From Rhodosorus marinus CCMP1338 (lineage: Eukaryota > Plantae > Rhodophyta): a DNA stretch of 64,000 bases. Position 1 is the first letter of the stretch. Each line of letters starts with the position of its first letter. Of this stretch, positions 50,972 through 63,194 are shown piece by piece. Position numbers and translations under genes: made by a program. The stretch spans positions 1,674,001-1,738,000 of the forward strand of contig JAMWBK010000004.1 in the NCBI GenBank assembly GCA_029953675.1, read 5' to 3'. The notes below the pieces were generated by a model. That model was not told the origin of the DNA. It saw nothing but the letters and a program-made list of their open reading frames with translations, and searched no databases.

Positions 50972-51964
50972 CTATGGAGAGTCAGGCGGTACAAATGGCC
51001 CATGCCCGCCAGCGGTGATATGGTGTGCATTCTCAGCTATAGCCATGATCACAATCGCGACGAAAACTAGCAAAATTGCAACATAAGGAAGCGCGCGCAG
51101 CAATATCTCGATAAGTAGCTTCTTATAGAAATTCTTCCGCATCCACGACGAGTCAAATGGTGCGATGGCCAGTTGAAACGATGGCCGTCCAGAGACCATC
51201 ACGAAATATCTCGTTAAGTTAATTCGCCTCTCGATTCTTTGCCCATGTCCCAACTCTGTAATCCGATGAAGCACTGGCACGAGCATTGAGTCCGCAATTG
51301 TCCAGCTTCCTCCGAAAAGAAACTGATATTTGGATAGCTGCTCCTCTGCTCGGTCTAGCATCTGCTCTAGTACTCGCGATGATTCCAATGCTTTTTCAAC
51401 CCGAACGTCCCACGTGAAATCCTGTTTCTCCAGTTCATTGATACGCTTCAGGTATGTGCTGACTAAAGCTGGGTATCTTTGCCCATACATTCTGAGGTTC
51501 TTCCTCAGTGCGCCCATTCTTATTCTCCAGACGACGGACATCTCGATGAGGCCTCTGGTACGTGATGCGTACGGATTGCCGAAGGAGAATTCGATCTCAT
51601 CCCAGCAAGAGACGAGATCGCAGAATTCTTTCACGGATGCCTCCACTTCTGACGAAAGGTTCAGTTCTCCTTTCGATGGGTATGCGTTATGAACAAAGGT
51701 CAAGATCTCCTCAGCATCCCTGAATGCTTTTCCGTTGGGCATTAGCAATACTGGCACTGTGCAGCTCGGCTGAAGCAAAGTGAAGGTAGGAGAAAACACG
51801 CCCCGAAACAGGTCCACTGATTGCACAGTAAACGGAGGAAAGTCCGTCTCAAAGAGCCCCACATGAGCCTTCATACTCTCCATCGCCGCGGGAAATAGAT
51901 AGAGCACTGGCTTCTTCAACAGAGGCTCCCGAGCGTCCTCCAACGTTTCAACACACTGACTCAT
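50972..51964 (-). CDS. GDAP1-like glutathione S-transferase with C-terminal membrane anchor, intronless
   Basis: GST-N pattern …LLQPSCTVPVL; GST-C pattern FLFGGSWTIADSMLVPVLHR; C-terminal TM ALPYVAILLVFVAIVIMAIA. Confidence 0.8.
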   Translation of the reverse strand: MSQCVETLEDAREPLLKKPVLYLFPAAMESMKAHVGLFETDFPPFTVQSVDLFRGVFSPTFTLLQPSCTVPVLLMPNGKAFRDAEEILTFVHNAYPSKGELNLSSEVEASVKEFCDLVSCWDEIEFSFGNPYASRTRGLIEMSVVWRIRMGALRKNLRMYGQRYPALVSTYLKRINELEKQDFTWDVRVEKALESSRVLEQMLDRAEEQLSKYQFLFGGSWTIADSMLVPVLHRITELGHGQRIERRINLTRYFVMVSGRPSFQLAIAPFDSSWMRKNFYKKLLIEILLRALPYVAILLVFVAIVIMAIAENAHHITAGGHGPFVPPDSP

Positions 51965-52184
51965 CTCCAGCACTCCCGTACACCCCCGAACATCGTCCTT
52001 ATCTCAGCAAAAACAATGACATCCACCCAAAACACATCCCACCACCTCCCTCCCCCCCACCCAATCTCACAGGAAAACCCTAACCCCCCCAAAAACGCAC
52101 ATATTCATACCTCTTTCACATAAATCGATCCAAACCACAAATTCTACATCCTTCACCTTCCTCGTCCTACTCAGTATGCCCACC

Positions 52185-52187
<3 letters not shown>

Positions 52188-52268
<81 letters not shown>
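52188..52268 (+). repeat. Perfect (CT)n microsatellite, about 40 units; reads (GA)n on the sense strand of the GST gene
   Basis: Read directly; ~220 bp upstream of the GST ATG. Confidence 0.95.
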
Positions 52269-52270
<2 letters not shown>

Positions 52271-53857
52271 TCCCCCCACCCCCGCAACCCTCCTTCCCCT
52301 CCGTCCCAGCCCTAGCAATGTTCGGCTTCTCCACACAGACGGCCATTAAATACTCCGAAACTACTTTCGAGTTTCACGTCACGTGCAAAAAAAATAAAAT
52401 AAAAATTGAGAGAGGAAAGAAAATCCTCCCATCTAAAACACAAGTCGTTGTCTGTCATCGCCCATGACGTGACACTCCCCAGGCGAGAGGACTGCCCAAA
52501 AATAAAAACAAAACAAAACAGTCATGGAGGGGAAAAATGAAATCCATTAAACTTCGGGCTTGGACGACTTCTCATGTTTTTGAATAGATACTCCACAACC
52601 CCTTCCCCCCCTTAGATCTTGTTACTTGGTGGGTACATTTCTACATTTTTATTATCAATATATATCATTCCGGAAACTTGTGAAATCTTTTACCCTCCCT
52701 TTTCCTCCCTTCCTGGACAGTTCGAATCTAACGGACCGAAAAACCTTTGTTTAGAAGCGAATTTTTTAGCACCCTGCTACGGGCTTTCAGAAATTGGAAA
52801 GTATTTCGGTTTTTATTACCAATTTACATTGTTACCTCCGGAAACAATTAAAACGGAAAACCCCTATGATTTTTTTTTTGAACCACTTCAGAAGTATCAT
52901 TATTTACCGCAATTAAATAGTACAACTGACACTGGGTTTTGTTCTAATTTTTTGTTTTTGACTGCTAGAGATTAGTTTTCTGGTTCTGACTAGAGATTTA
53001 TTTGCACTGGACTCTTCGAACGGGAAGGAAAGATTTGAAATTCATTATTTGAATAAAAGGAAAAGAATAGCTTTCAAGTTGGGGAGACGCGTGGGGTACT
53101 ATAATTTGGTAAATAATATTTTAATTAAGATAAAATAAATGAGAGTCCTACTAATCTTTCTAAAGTTTTTTTTAGAAGCTCTTTCTTCATCCGGGTTTTC
53201 GAGAGAAAATAGATACAATTGTTGAGGTATTGTTCTCGTCCGTTTTGTAGTGGATTGGGATTGCGCTAGACGCATGCGAATTGATCACAGTAGACTGCGT
53301 GGGAGAAGAGCTGTCTGTGCACCGCCGACAAACCGCTGCTGGGCATACTTTCCTAGGATGGCAGTCTATTTGCGCAAATGGAACTTCATGGGCAACTGAT
53401 CCTGCACTCTTCAGGGGTAATCAAAGTTTCAAGCTCCCAAATTCGGTCCTACCATGTCCCTGACGATTCGAACTCGAATTTTAGAAGCGAACGGGCCTGC
53501 AATTCTGTGTTCGTTTCTATTGAAGAACGATATGTTCTTCCCGATCAGTGATCCGGAACGAGCTACTTCATTCAAAACAATAGCAACAGATTTGCTCCTT
53601 CAAGTCGTCCATCCTCCGCCCTTCTCCAGCTTGGTTTTTACAAAAACAAGAGAAACCTTAGTTTCAATATCCAATCCTCCCCAGCCTAGCTTGTTAAAGG
53701 GAGACTGCACGAGAAGCATATTCGCACCCAGCATGGCGCGTCATGTGCGTTCTATCTATTTGCATGAGTCTGTCGAGCGCTCTCCCACAACACACTCCCT
53801 TCACCAAAAAATCCTTCCGCGAGGATCTACCAAATCTCCTATGTTGATACCAGCCGA

Positions 53858-55159
53858 TCACAGTTTCATAAATGAAGACTCCAAAAGTTCGGAAGCCATC
53901 GGAGCTGATTGCCGATCGATGTCTTTCAAAGATGACAGCATCGCGCTGATGAGATTCCATCCGGCGAAGCTATCCTGATCCAGAAATTGGACAGCCTCGC
54001 TATAGTTCTCATCCGCAGAAATATACTCTCGGAGATTCGCCACGTTCCTCTCGTAGACGTCCTCAAACAACCTTACGATTTAAAACAGACAACCGTTTCC
54101 TTTCCGGGTCAGCTTCAAAGAGAAATGGTGAAGAAGAAATGATCGCCGGTGAACATACCTCTTAAGAGCCTCCTGAGTAGTTTGTGGACCTGGTCCAGAC
54201 TCTGAAAGAGACCCAAATATGATTTCCATAAAAGCGTACCCAAGTGCGTATATGTCATCCGCAAAAAAGTATCGAGAGACTTCTGCAGGACTGGATGCAC
54301 CGGACTCACGAGCTTTCTTGACCTCCTTATCCTCCAAGAGGGAGACACTGGATCCGAATCCAAAATCACGAATCTTCAGATCCAGTACATTAACGAGGTT
54401 CTCATCCAGTGTGTTGACAGAGAGGGAGGCAGGGCCAAGTGATCGGTGAATGAATCCCCTACTGTGTAGAAAAGCGACCGCTTCTAGGGCAAGCGCCATA
54501 ACCTTCCGAAGATAGCGGCGCCTCCGTTCCACTTTCTGGGCAGGGAAAAACCGATCAGTGAAGTTCACGGGTTGCGCGAAAGAAGCAAAGCCCGATGTCG
54601 TGAGGTTGCCTTCCCAAGTGAAAACGAGCCATGGGCTGCCCTTCCTGGGGGGATCCCCTGCGCGTGGGAAGCTTCTTCTCCACGCTAGTTCAAACTCTGG
54701 CTTCTGGAAGGTGTTGTCCCCGCAGAAAGAGCCTAGAAGCTCAGATACGGGGATATTTCTCTGATTTTCTATGTCCAGGAGTCCCTTATAGACTTCAGCC
54801 TCCCGAATTCCGATCTCGTAGGCCGGCTCCAGGAATTCCTTCAGCATCACCCTGGTATTTCTCAGAGGGCCAGCCAAAATCTTCCCGTCATATAATCTAA
54901 TAGCCGGTTTGGATGTTTCGATTGTCCTTCTCGGTTCTGTTGGATCCCTCCTCTCATAGTACTCCCATTCTGTAACCTCATAGTAACCCTGCTGCCCAAC
55001 TTGTCTGAGAATCTCAAAATCAGACGCTGTAAAGCCGATTCCTACATGACAGACAGTCCGTCTCGAATTACGCCTAACAACCAACCCACTACCTATGAAA
55101 CACGGTCTTGAATCCAACCGTCCTCCAAGCTCCAAGCGTGACCCAAGAAGGTGAGCCAT
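53858..55159 (-). CDS. Plastid-targeted protein-kinase-like protein (ORG1/FBN11-type kinase domain, probable pseudokinase), 2 exons
   Basis: Transit-like MAHLLGSRL…RRTVC; VMLKEF; IHRSLGPASL at the HRD position; KIRDFGF; DDIYALGYAFMEIIFG; last exon EAVQFLDQDSFAGWNLISAML. Confidence 0.8.
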
Positions 55160-55449
55160 TACCGCTACACCAAAATAGCTTCCGCACGAATACCTCTGCT
55201 CTGGCCCTCCCCTCCGGACTTCTTGCAGTCCCAAATCACACCCAGATCCTCCTTCTACCAAAAGCTCCGAAGCTAGAAATACTTCTCACGCCAATCTACC
55301 CGCCTTCCATGATCCGTCTACCACCCCAACCCAGCTTTCCACTCCACCAACAAAATCCGAAGCCAATACCTAGTGGTCAAGATCGAAACAGATATATTGA
55401 ATTTTGGACCAAATTAAAAAGAATCACTCGGAGCGTAGTTTTCGCTGTT

Positions 55450-56105
55450 GGGGGATTCTCATCGTCTTGGAGACGGATGAATTGCTCAACCAATGTTTAC
55501 CGTCCAGTGTTCTGGATGATGAATATTCCAATGATTGTCTCGGGACAATCCTTCGGGGCCAATGTTACCCGAGTGAGCATTCATTCCAGCTGAAGTTCCA
55601 GGACAATACTTCTGGCCAATGCTCCCGTCCAAATCCTTCGGGGACCAAACGTGGTGGAAAATGCCTCTTTTGGAGCCGTTTATATTACCGTCCAAAAATT
55701 AGCATGAAACAACAGGAATGGGGGTGAGATGATGAAAAAGGTGGACTCTCATCGTCATGGATAGATGCCTGAATTGGTGAATCACTGTTACGGCCATTGT
55801 TCCGGGTGACGTATTCCAAATGACTGTTTTCGGGACGCAATCCTGCCTACCAATGTTCTCCGGGTGAGTATTCCAGTGAATGTTCCGGGACATTTATTTC
55901 TGGCCAATGGTCTCCAGCTGAGTATTCCAGTGAATTTTCCAGGACAAAACTTTTGGCCAATGTGCCCGGCCAAAAGTTCTGGGGACAGTATTCCCCGAGC
56001 CAAATGCTCCAGCCAAATGTTATCCGAACAATTGCTCCCAGGGACAGTGGCCCGGCGAATGTTACAATCAGCGTCCAGGCCAATCTTGTGAGCCAATGTT
56101 CAGCG
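55450..56105. repeat. Array C: ~53-57 bp minisatellite arranged as two ~290-bp higher-order blocks
   Basis: Consensus CAATGTTCTCCGGGTGAGTATTCCAGTGAATGTTCCGGGACA…TTCTGGC starts at 55491, 55560, 55617, ~55795, 55851, 55905 and 55958. The header CTCATCGTC.TGGA…GAATTG occurs at ~55455 and ~55746. Confidence 0.85.
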
Positions 56106-56879
56106 GCGTAAGGTTTTACCATTATTTCTTTTGCGGTGACGCAAATGATACGAACGATTGCGTTCGCTCGGTTCCTGTTCCGTTGTGTGTTATGGACATG
56201 ATCTTGGGTTTTGGAATCAACGCCGTCGATGCCGCTAGACAAGCCCTTCATCACCTCGCTTCCCCTTGCGCATGTCGCACCAGCAAAAGGAAGACGACTT
56301 TAGTCTTCTTTGGCGTGATCGCCGCTTCAAGATTCTACCTAAACAGGGCCCAGGACGAGCTCTGTGACTGTTGTGAAGTGGTCTACATCCATCCCGTTGC
56401 GTCCGCGTCGAGATCCCGTACAAGGCCGCTTGCCGATTGTTGAAGTTGCCTTGGGCCGCCGTAGACATTCACGCCGAGGTTACTCGAAGAACGATCACTC
56501 AGCTCGGTGAGAATTGCATGAAAAGCTTTGTTGAGATAATATTCAGCTAATGATGAATACACTCGTGACGCAATCACAAGAACGGCAACAATCCTTCCCA
56601 TCAAAGCTTGTCGCTTATCCCTCTCCGACTCCCCTTAGCCCTCCCTCGCCTGGAGTGCGATAGTTGACCATAAACTTGTGTGTTTTTTCTTTTTACTGAA
56701 CGAGCTTAATAAATAGTTCTAATCTATAATGAAACGCAGGCTCATCATACACAGAATCAATACTCTGAAAGCTGAACTGTTACCTTCTTTCGGTACCCCT
56801 CAAAATGTGCACATTTTAGGATTTAGAGAAAGGCCCGGAAAGTTCTCCAAGCGCCATTCTCAGCATTCCTTAGCCTTCC

Positions 56880-59237
56880 CTACTTTCCAGCAGCTTCCTT
56901 TTGTGCGTGGTCAACAACGCTTGTCGCAAGTTCTGCAAGGTCCACGAAGAGGACGTGCAATCCCCATGGGACTCTGTCTCCGAGCTCCTGCATCCAAACG
57001 AATCCATCAGGAAGGCCGGAAACTGCGCTCTTCCGATTGCCCATCTCCTTGGCGTCCATAACGGCGATGTAGCTGTCCAACTGGAACAGAGCAGAAACTT
57101 CGTTAGCGAATGGATTCCCTCCTACGACAGTTTTTCCCTCTTCACTGACGCTTTAACCTACCTCAAAAGTGTTCGAATCCAAAGTCGTTACGAAGCATGC
57201 GAGCCAGCCATCGTCCTCGCTCTTACCCCCAGGCCTAGATATGAAGGCGGGCTCTCCACCGTTCATTAGCCGCGGGTACTTGACTACTGACACCCTCATC
57301 TCGATGGTGTCTAGTTTTATGATTCCCTGGAACCCACCGAGGGTATGTCCAGTGCCTGGCTTCTCCGCTGTGATTCGATCCTTCTCGCCCTTAGGCATCC
57401 GCGTGTAGCAGAGCCAGATATATCTCCCATTAGGAAAGCGACGGTCCCCTGTTGGAAACTCGACCACGAGTTCCTCGGCTGGGAAGCCGACTACCTCCGC
57501 GATATCATTGATCAAGGCATCACTGTCCCGGCCGCCAAACACTTTGGTCTTGGAAACGACCTCCCCTCTGTCCGTGTCGAGCTTGAACTCGTACAAGTCT
57601 GGTAGCATCGTCCGCTTCCGATTCCAAAACTTGATTTCTTCTTCTTCTGTCCGCTTCAAGTTCTCTTCGGCGTTGAGCGTAGCCTGGTTGAACTGGCCCA
57701 TGTCAAGCTCATCAACCGCAGTCGCATAGAGAGTGAGCTCCTTGCTCTTTTTCGATTCCCTGCATATAGAGGAAAAGTGGAGGATGAAGCACTCTTCGCC
57801 GCGTCGAAAGTGCACCTCCTGGATCTTGTTGACAGCCTTATCGTCCCCGAAAAGTATCTTCGCTCCGCCCGACACGTCGGGTGTTTGCGGGTCCGTAAGA
57901 GGAATCAGGTGAAACAAAGCTCTCTTGTCCTTCTTTGTGTAGAGTGGCTTCCCATGGATCGGGTCAGCAAACATTTGCCTCCAGTCCATGACGGCCTGAC
58001 CTTCAAGTACAACGCAAAAATGCTTTGACAAACCGAAGTCATGACTGAAAGAAGAGTCTTTCATGCGCACTTCCACATTCCTATAAACTTCTCCATCATG
58101 GATGAACAGCAAGGGCGTGCTGTGCATGTTTAGCACGGATCTCCACGGGTCCATCCTCATTCCGAGAGACACCATTATTTCCGTCCCTTCCGATGTGTAC
58201 CCCTTCCGGCTGTGAGCCCCCATGGGGTGATCCCTCTTGAACGGGTTGTAGCCAACCGTGGAGAGACAGTCTTCCGGTTTTTCAGACTCTTCGAGAGAGA
58301 TTGACAACATGTAGGCCTGGTCTACATCGTCCAGGACAAGGATCATTGGCACCAAACTGTTTCCGACCTGTACATGCGCTAGAACGCCAGCAGTATTTGC
58401 ACCGCCCAGAAGACCGGCAGGATTGCATCGAAACTTTCCAGCCCCGTGCAAGTTCTCCAGCAAAAGGTTCCTCATCATGTGAAAGAAATCGAAGCAGCCT
58501 TCTGCCGCAGCATTGCAAAGGATATGCCTCCCCAGCTTCTCCGCGACCATGCTGGATCCCGTTTTAATAAATCGGCGGTAGAAACTTATTTTCTTATGGT
58601 CATTCTCTCCCTTTCGGAAAAAGACTGCGGATACCATTCCCTCTCCATTGAAGTGGTGGTAGTCAAGAACAATCTTGTGCCGTGGGTTGGCTCCAAACTG
58701 CAAAAATATGCCCAGCGGAAAATCCCCTTCCAGGCTCCCTTGTTCCCTTACCTCAAGAGCCTTGTTCAAAACTTCCTCTGCAATGGGCATTCCATTGCCC
58801 CAAAGGAGCCCGTCATCCTGAGGCTTCTGTTTCTGTTTCAACTTCCGCCTCACCTTTACGTAAATCTTTTTCAGTCTTTTTTGCTGCCGTTTCTCTATTC
58901 TTTCCAATTCCGTTCGCATCGTTGCCAAGAGGTTTCGGTGGACCAGGAGTTCGTTCTCTTCCGCAACTCTCGGTTTCTTCAGTCCCGGTCTCACCCTCAA
59001 CTGATACCTCTTCAGGCCTGCTTCATCACAGCGCGAATAATTCTCCCTTTTTGCAGGACTCAGATTCTCCTCCGTTTCGTTAGGACTCATCTCCCTCTTT
59101 CCACGACGTTGATCGTCCGCGGGCTGCTCAGCCATCCGCAAAACGCGTCGATTTCGCCCACACCTGGTGACACTTGAACGTTGACACCTAGTGCCAACAC
59201 TTCCCACAAAGGAAATTCTTCCCGCAGACTCTTCCAT
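56880..59237 (-). CDS. Plastid-targeted carotenoid cleavage oxygenase (RPE65/CCD family), 2 exons
   Basis: HHFNGEGM; four Fe-ligand His in MGAHSR, FSHDFG, FILHFS and PWGLHVLF; GEPAFI…EDDGWL. The GTAGGT…CAG intron precedes the last exon. Confidence 0.9.
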
Positions 59238-60893
59238 TGCGCTTATCACATGACCTCTGCGGGCACAAGCCCCCAACCCATTCACAGTATCGCTCCTCTA
59301 TACGCCTCACAACTGCGCGACGCACTCCTCACTTGCAACCAGGTCTCTGTATTGGCAACCAGATATCTGCAGCATGCACCAGCTCTGAACCGTAAGAGCT
59401 TCAAGCTTTTATCCTCTCCCAGCTGCTGGTCCCTGCATCCCAGTGCTTCGGCTCCGCGAAACACATCCACCCGCAGATTTCCGTCACATCCAAAGCAAAG
59501 TTCAATCATAGCTGATGTTGACTGAACTTATTTCATGTTTGATTTTATAAAAATCAACATTCAGCGGTTGCTTTTCCGTTGCGATCTGACCAATTGTGAT
59601 GCAAATTTTGCTCAACAAACTTCTCCTCATTGGTGTGAAGAAAGAATTGTTTTTGGAGATAATAAAATTGAACTACGAATTATATGATAGATCCTTCCTG
59701 CTAGGGGGTGAAAATGAATCATCATTGGTCTTTAAGAAAAGAACTTTTAAGATAAAAAACTAAGATTTCCTTGTACTCAAACCAATCATGTTCGATTATA
59801 TTCTCCGTGTACTAAATATATATGATAATAGATATCAGGAGGTGCAAGTTTAAGTTTGACGAATTCCAACAAGTCTGCCTTAACAGAATATTCTGAAAAA
59901 AGCTACTGACAGGATTCAGTTGAGGTTTGGGGAAGGCGGCAGGTGGGGTAGGGAGTGTCAAATTCCACAGCGGGGATCGAAATATGTCTCCTGAGATTCG
60001 CTGCCCCAAAGTATTTCAAGTAGAATATTTATGCACAGCTGCTGTCTTGCTTTTTTGGCTTTGAAGCTTGGGTTTAGAGGAATCGAGCATGATTGGTATG
60101 AGTCATCCCGGGGGGGGTTTGTTTGTGTATCACGCCTCCGTTCTGAAATAACACACGGTGTCAGAACCGAGGTGTGATGGTTTCGAATGCGTCTAAGTGG
60201 AGATTGAGCGATTTTTCGTTACATGGAGTTTACATCAAGGATTGTTTCAGAAAGTGGATGACCAGGGAAAAGGGGGGGTATTCCAAGCTTCTGTTGATGC
60301 GAAACACTTCATGGTTGGAAGTGGGTCGAATTGGAATTTTAGGTTCCGTCTGCTAAACCGAATCCAGTGTAGTCTTGAATCCAACGCTGTTGGATGACTG
60401 CATGTAGAATATGGACGCTTCCTGAAGCTCATGCAGAAAAGGTAAAGTGCAATCTCCGGCTTTGCTTCGCCTCGAAGATGGCGAAGACCGAACGGCCCAT
60501 GTGAGATAGCGCAATGCGGAAGAAGACGGGGTAAAGGTCGCTGTCGGAGGTGTTTGATTGGGCCAAAGCGAATTGAGCTGGGGTTTGTCGGATGGATGTT
60601 CCAAGAAACATCCTCGGCACGCCGAGCAGGGCTTCTTGAGGCCTGGGACAGTTGGGTTGGGTTTGTTAAATTGGGTGCTTGTCCCAGTAGGATTTTGGAA
60701 GCATGAATTAAACGATGAATGATTTACAGAGCGGACTTGATAATTCTCACGGGAACCTTAACCGCCCAGCGCAAAGTGGCTGAGAATTGTATTGACCCCA
60801 GGTCGACAAGAACCTACTTAGCACGCTCACAAAGCTTTTCTGTTTATCTTATTCTAAAAGTTCAATATATCCGGTTGGTTGGGAAAAAGGTCT

Positions 60894-63194
60894 TCAGCCG
60901 CTAGCAACCTTGCTCCCGCTACCAAACTTCTCGGAAATCTCCTTCTCGATGTTTGGTGGGACAAAGTCGTATTGCTCCAGATTCATGCTGTATGAGGCAC
61001 GTCCCTTGCTAAGAGATCTAAGGTTAGACACGTACTGGAACATTTCTGAAAGCGGAACCAAAGCGACGATGTTCTTCGCCACTCCACGGTCTCCAAGTGA
61101 CTGCACCTGGCCTCTTCGCGAGTTGAGATCTCCAAGCACGTCTCCCATATAGTCCTCAGGGGTTACAACCTCCACCTTCATGATCGGCTCCATAAGCCTT
61201 GCTCCAGCCTTGCGCAGTCCCTCCTTGAACGCCGCCCTCGCAGCGATTTCGAACGCGAGCACTGAAGAATCCACGTCATGGTAGGCACCATCCACCAGCT
61301 TGGCTCTGACGCCTAGAAGAGGGAAACCAGCAACAACTCCATTCGTCATCTCCGATTCAATTCCCTTCTGTACTCCAGGAATGTATTCCTTCGGTACCGA
61401 TCCACCCTTGATTTCGCTCACAAACTCGAAAATGTTGTCAGCAGTGGCGTTCTCGATCGGCTCGAAGTTCAGAGTAACACGAGCAAACTGTCCACTGCCT
61501 CCCGACTGCTTCTTGTGAGTATAGTCAACCTGGGAGGGCTTTGTAATTGCTTCCCTGTAGGCAACCTGGGGTGCGCCTACGTCGCACTCGACCTTGAACT
61601 CTCTCTTCATGCGATCAACAATGATTTCCAGATGAAGTTCACCCATGCCCTCGATGACAGTTTGGTTGGACTCTTCGTCTCTGGAGAAACGGAAGGAAGG
61701 GTCTTCCTGGGCAAGCTTGATGAGGGCAGTGGACATCTTCTCCATGTCGCCCTTAGATTTCGGCTCCACCGCGACCTTGATGACGGGCTCCGGGAACTCC
61801 ATTCGCTCAAGAATAACTGGAGCGTTCATATCGCAGATAGTTTCACCTGTAACAGTGTCCTTGATTCCAACCAGAGCAACAATGTCCCCTGCCTTGGCAG
61901 ACTTGATTTCCTCACGCTCGTTGGCGTGCATGAGCAACATACGGCCAATTCGCTCCTTCTTCCCCTTGACGGAGTTGAGCACGGTCTCACCAGCGTTCAA
62001 ACGCCCGGAGTAGATTCTCACAAACGTAATGCTTCCAACGAATGGATCAGTTGCAATCTTGAACGCAAGCGCAGAGAAGGGTTCTTCTTCGTCACTGGGC
62101 CTCGCGGTTTGAGCAGCCTCCGCATCTTCCTCGTCCGGGATGACTCCCTTGATAGCTTCAACGTCCGTGGGTGCCGGGAGGTAGTCAACGACAGCATCCA
62201 GGAGTGGCTGAACACCCTTGTTCTTGAAAGCTGTACCGCACAGAACTGGGGTGAAGGCAAGGCTGCAGGTTCCCTTCCTGATGCACTTCTTCAGAGTTTC
62301 GATGTCGGGCATCTCTCCCTCAAGGTAGGCCATAAGAACGTCATCGTCCTGCTCAACGGCAAGCTCAACCAGCTTCTCGCGCCATTCCTCGGCCTGTTCT
62401 TTCATGTCCTCAGGGATGTCCACAACGTTGAACTTGGCACCGAGCGACTCTTCCTCCCAGATCAGGGCATTCATATTCACAAGGTCCACAACGCCGATGA
62501 AGTCTGCCTCTGCCCCAATTGGCAGCTGAAGAGTGAGTGGAACAGCTCCAAGCATGCTCTCGATTTGCTCCACAGTTTGGTAGAAATTGGCACCAGTTCG
62601 GTCCATCTTGTTTGAGAAGCACATACGTGGCACCTTGTACTTGTTCGCTTGACGCCACACGGTCTCAGTCTGGGGTTCTACTCCCGAGACGGAGTCAAAA
62701 CAAGCAATGGCACCGTCCAGCACTCTGAGGGACCGCTCAACTTCCAGTGTAAAATCGACATGTCCAGGTGTGTCGATGATGTTAATTCTGTGATCATCCC
62801 AAAATGTGGTTGTGGCAGCCGAAGTAATGGTAATTCCACGTTCCTGCTCCTGTTCCATCCAGTCCATAGTGGCTGCTCCGTCGTGAACTTCTCCGATCTT
62901 GTATGATCGTCCGGTATAGTACAAAATACGCTCTGTGGTCGTCGTCTTCCCAGCGTCAATATGCGCCATGATACCAATGTTCCTGTACTGAGACAAGGGT
63001 GTTTCTTCGCCTTTCTCAGACACACCACCATCAGCCATCATCCTCACGACACGAGACTTCGAAACCCCGAATCTCGGTCCCGCGACGCGCGCAAGCGGTC
63101 CGGGCTGCGAGCTGCGGAGTCCGCTCCACTGCACCACAGAAAACAGAAAAACAAAACCAAGAACAGGCTCTCCTTGAGATATATGCTCGCGCAT
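60894..63194 (-). CDS. fusA: Plastid translation elongation factor G, intronless
   Basis: [21 protein letters not shown]; [11 protein letters not shown]; DTPGH; NKMD; [11 protein letters not shown]; N-terminal transit-peptide-like extension. Confidence 0.97.
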   Translation of the reverse strand: MREHISQGEPVLGFVFLFSVVQWSGLRSSQPGPLARVAGPRFGVSKSRVVRMMADGGVSEKGEETPLSQYRNIGIMAHIDAGKTTTTERILYYTGRSYKIGEVHDGAATMDWMEQEQERGITITSAATTTFWDDHRINIIDTPGHVDFTLEVERSLRVLDGAIACFDSVSGVEPQTETVWRQANKYKVPRMCFSNKMDRTGANFYQTVEQIESMLGAVPLTLQLPIGAEADFIGVVDLVNMNALIWEEESLGAKFNVVDIPEDMKEQAEEWREKLVELAVEQDDDVLMAYLEGEMPDIETLKKCIRKGTCSLAFTPVLCGTAFKNKGVQPLLDAVVDYLPAPTDVEAIKGVIPDEEDAEAAQTARPSDEEEPFSALAFKIATDPFVGSITFVRIYSGRLNAGETVLNSVKGKKERIGRMLLMHANEREEIKSAKAGDIVALVGIKDTVTGETICDMNAPVILERMEFPEPVIKVAVEPKSKGDMEKMSTALIKLAQEDPSFRFSRDEESNQTVIEGMGELHLEIIVDRMKREFKVECDVGAPQVAYREAITKPSQVDYTHKKQSGGSGQFARVTLNFEPIENATADNIFEFVSEIKGGSVPKEYIPGVQKGIESEMTNGVVAGFPLLGVRAKLVDGAYHDVDSSVLAFEIAARAAFKEGLRKAGARLMEPIMKVEVVTPEDYMGDVLGDLNSRRGQVQSLGDRGVAKNIVALVPLSEMFQYVSNLRSLSKGRASYSMNLEQYDFVPPNIEKEISEKFGSGSKVASG

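Noticed and set aside
56100-56604. Possible secreted protein starting MMGRIVAVLVIAS on the minus strand and running into array C
   Set aside because: It needs a weak non-consensus intron to extend beyond 73 aa, and the frame breaks within the repeat. Evidence is insufficient.
61515-62615. Long antisense ORFs over EF-G (also 26866-28032, 43579-44247, 44969-45646, 58446-59177)
   Set aside because: They are shadows of codon bias on the strand opposite well-supported genes.
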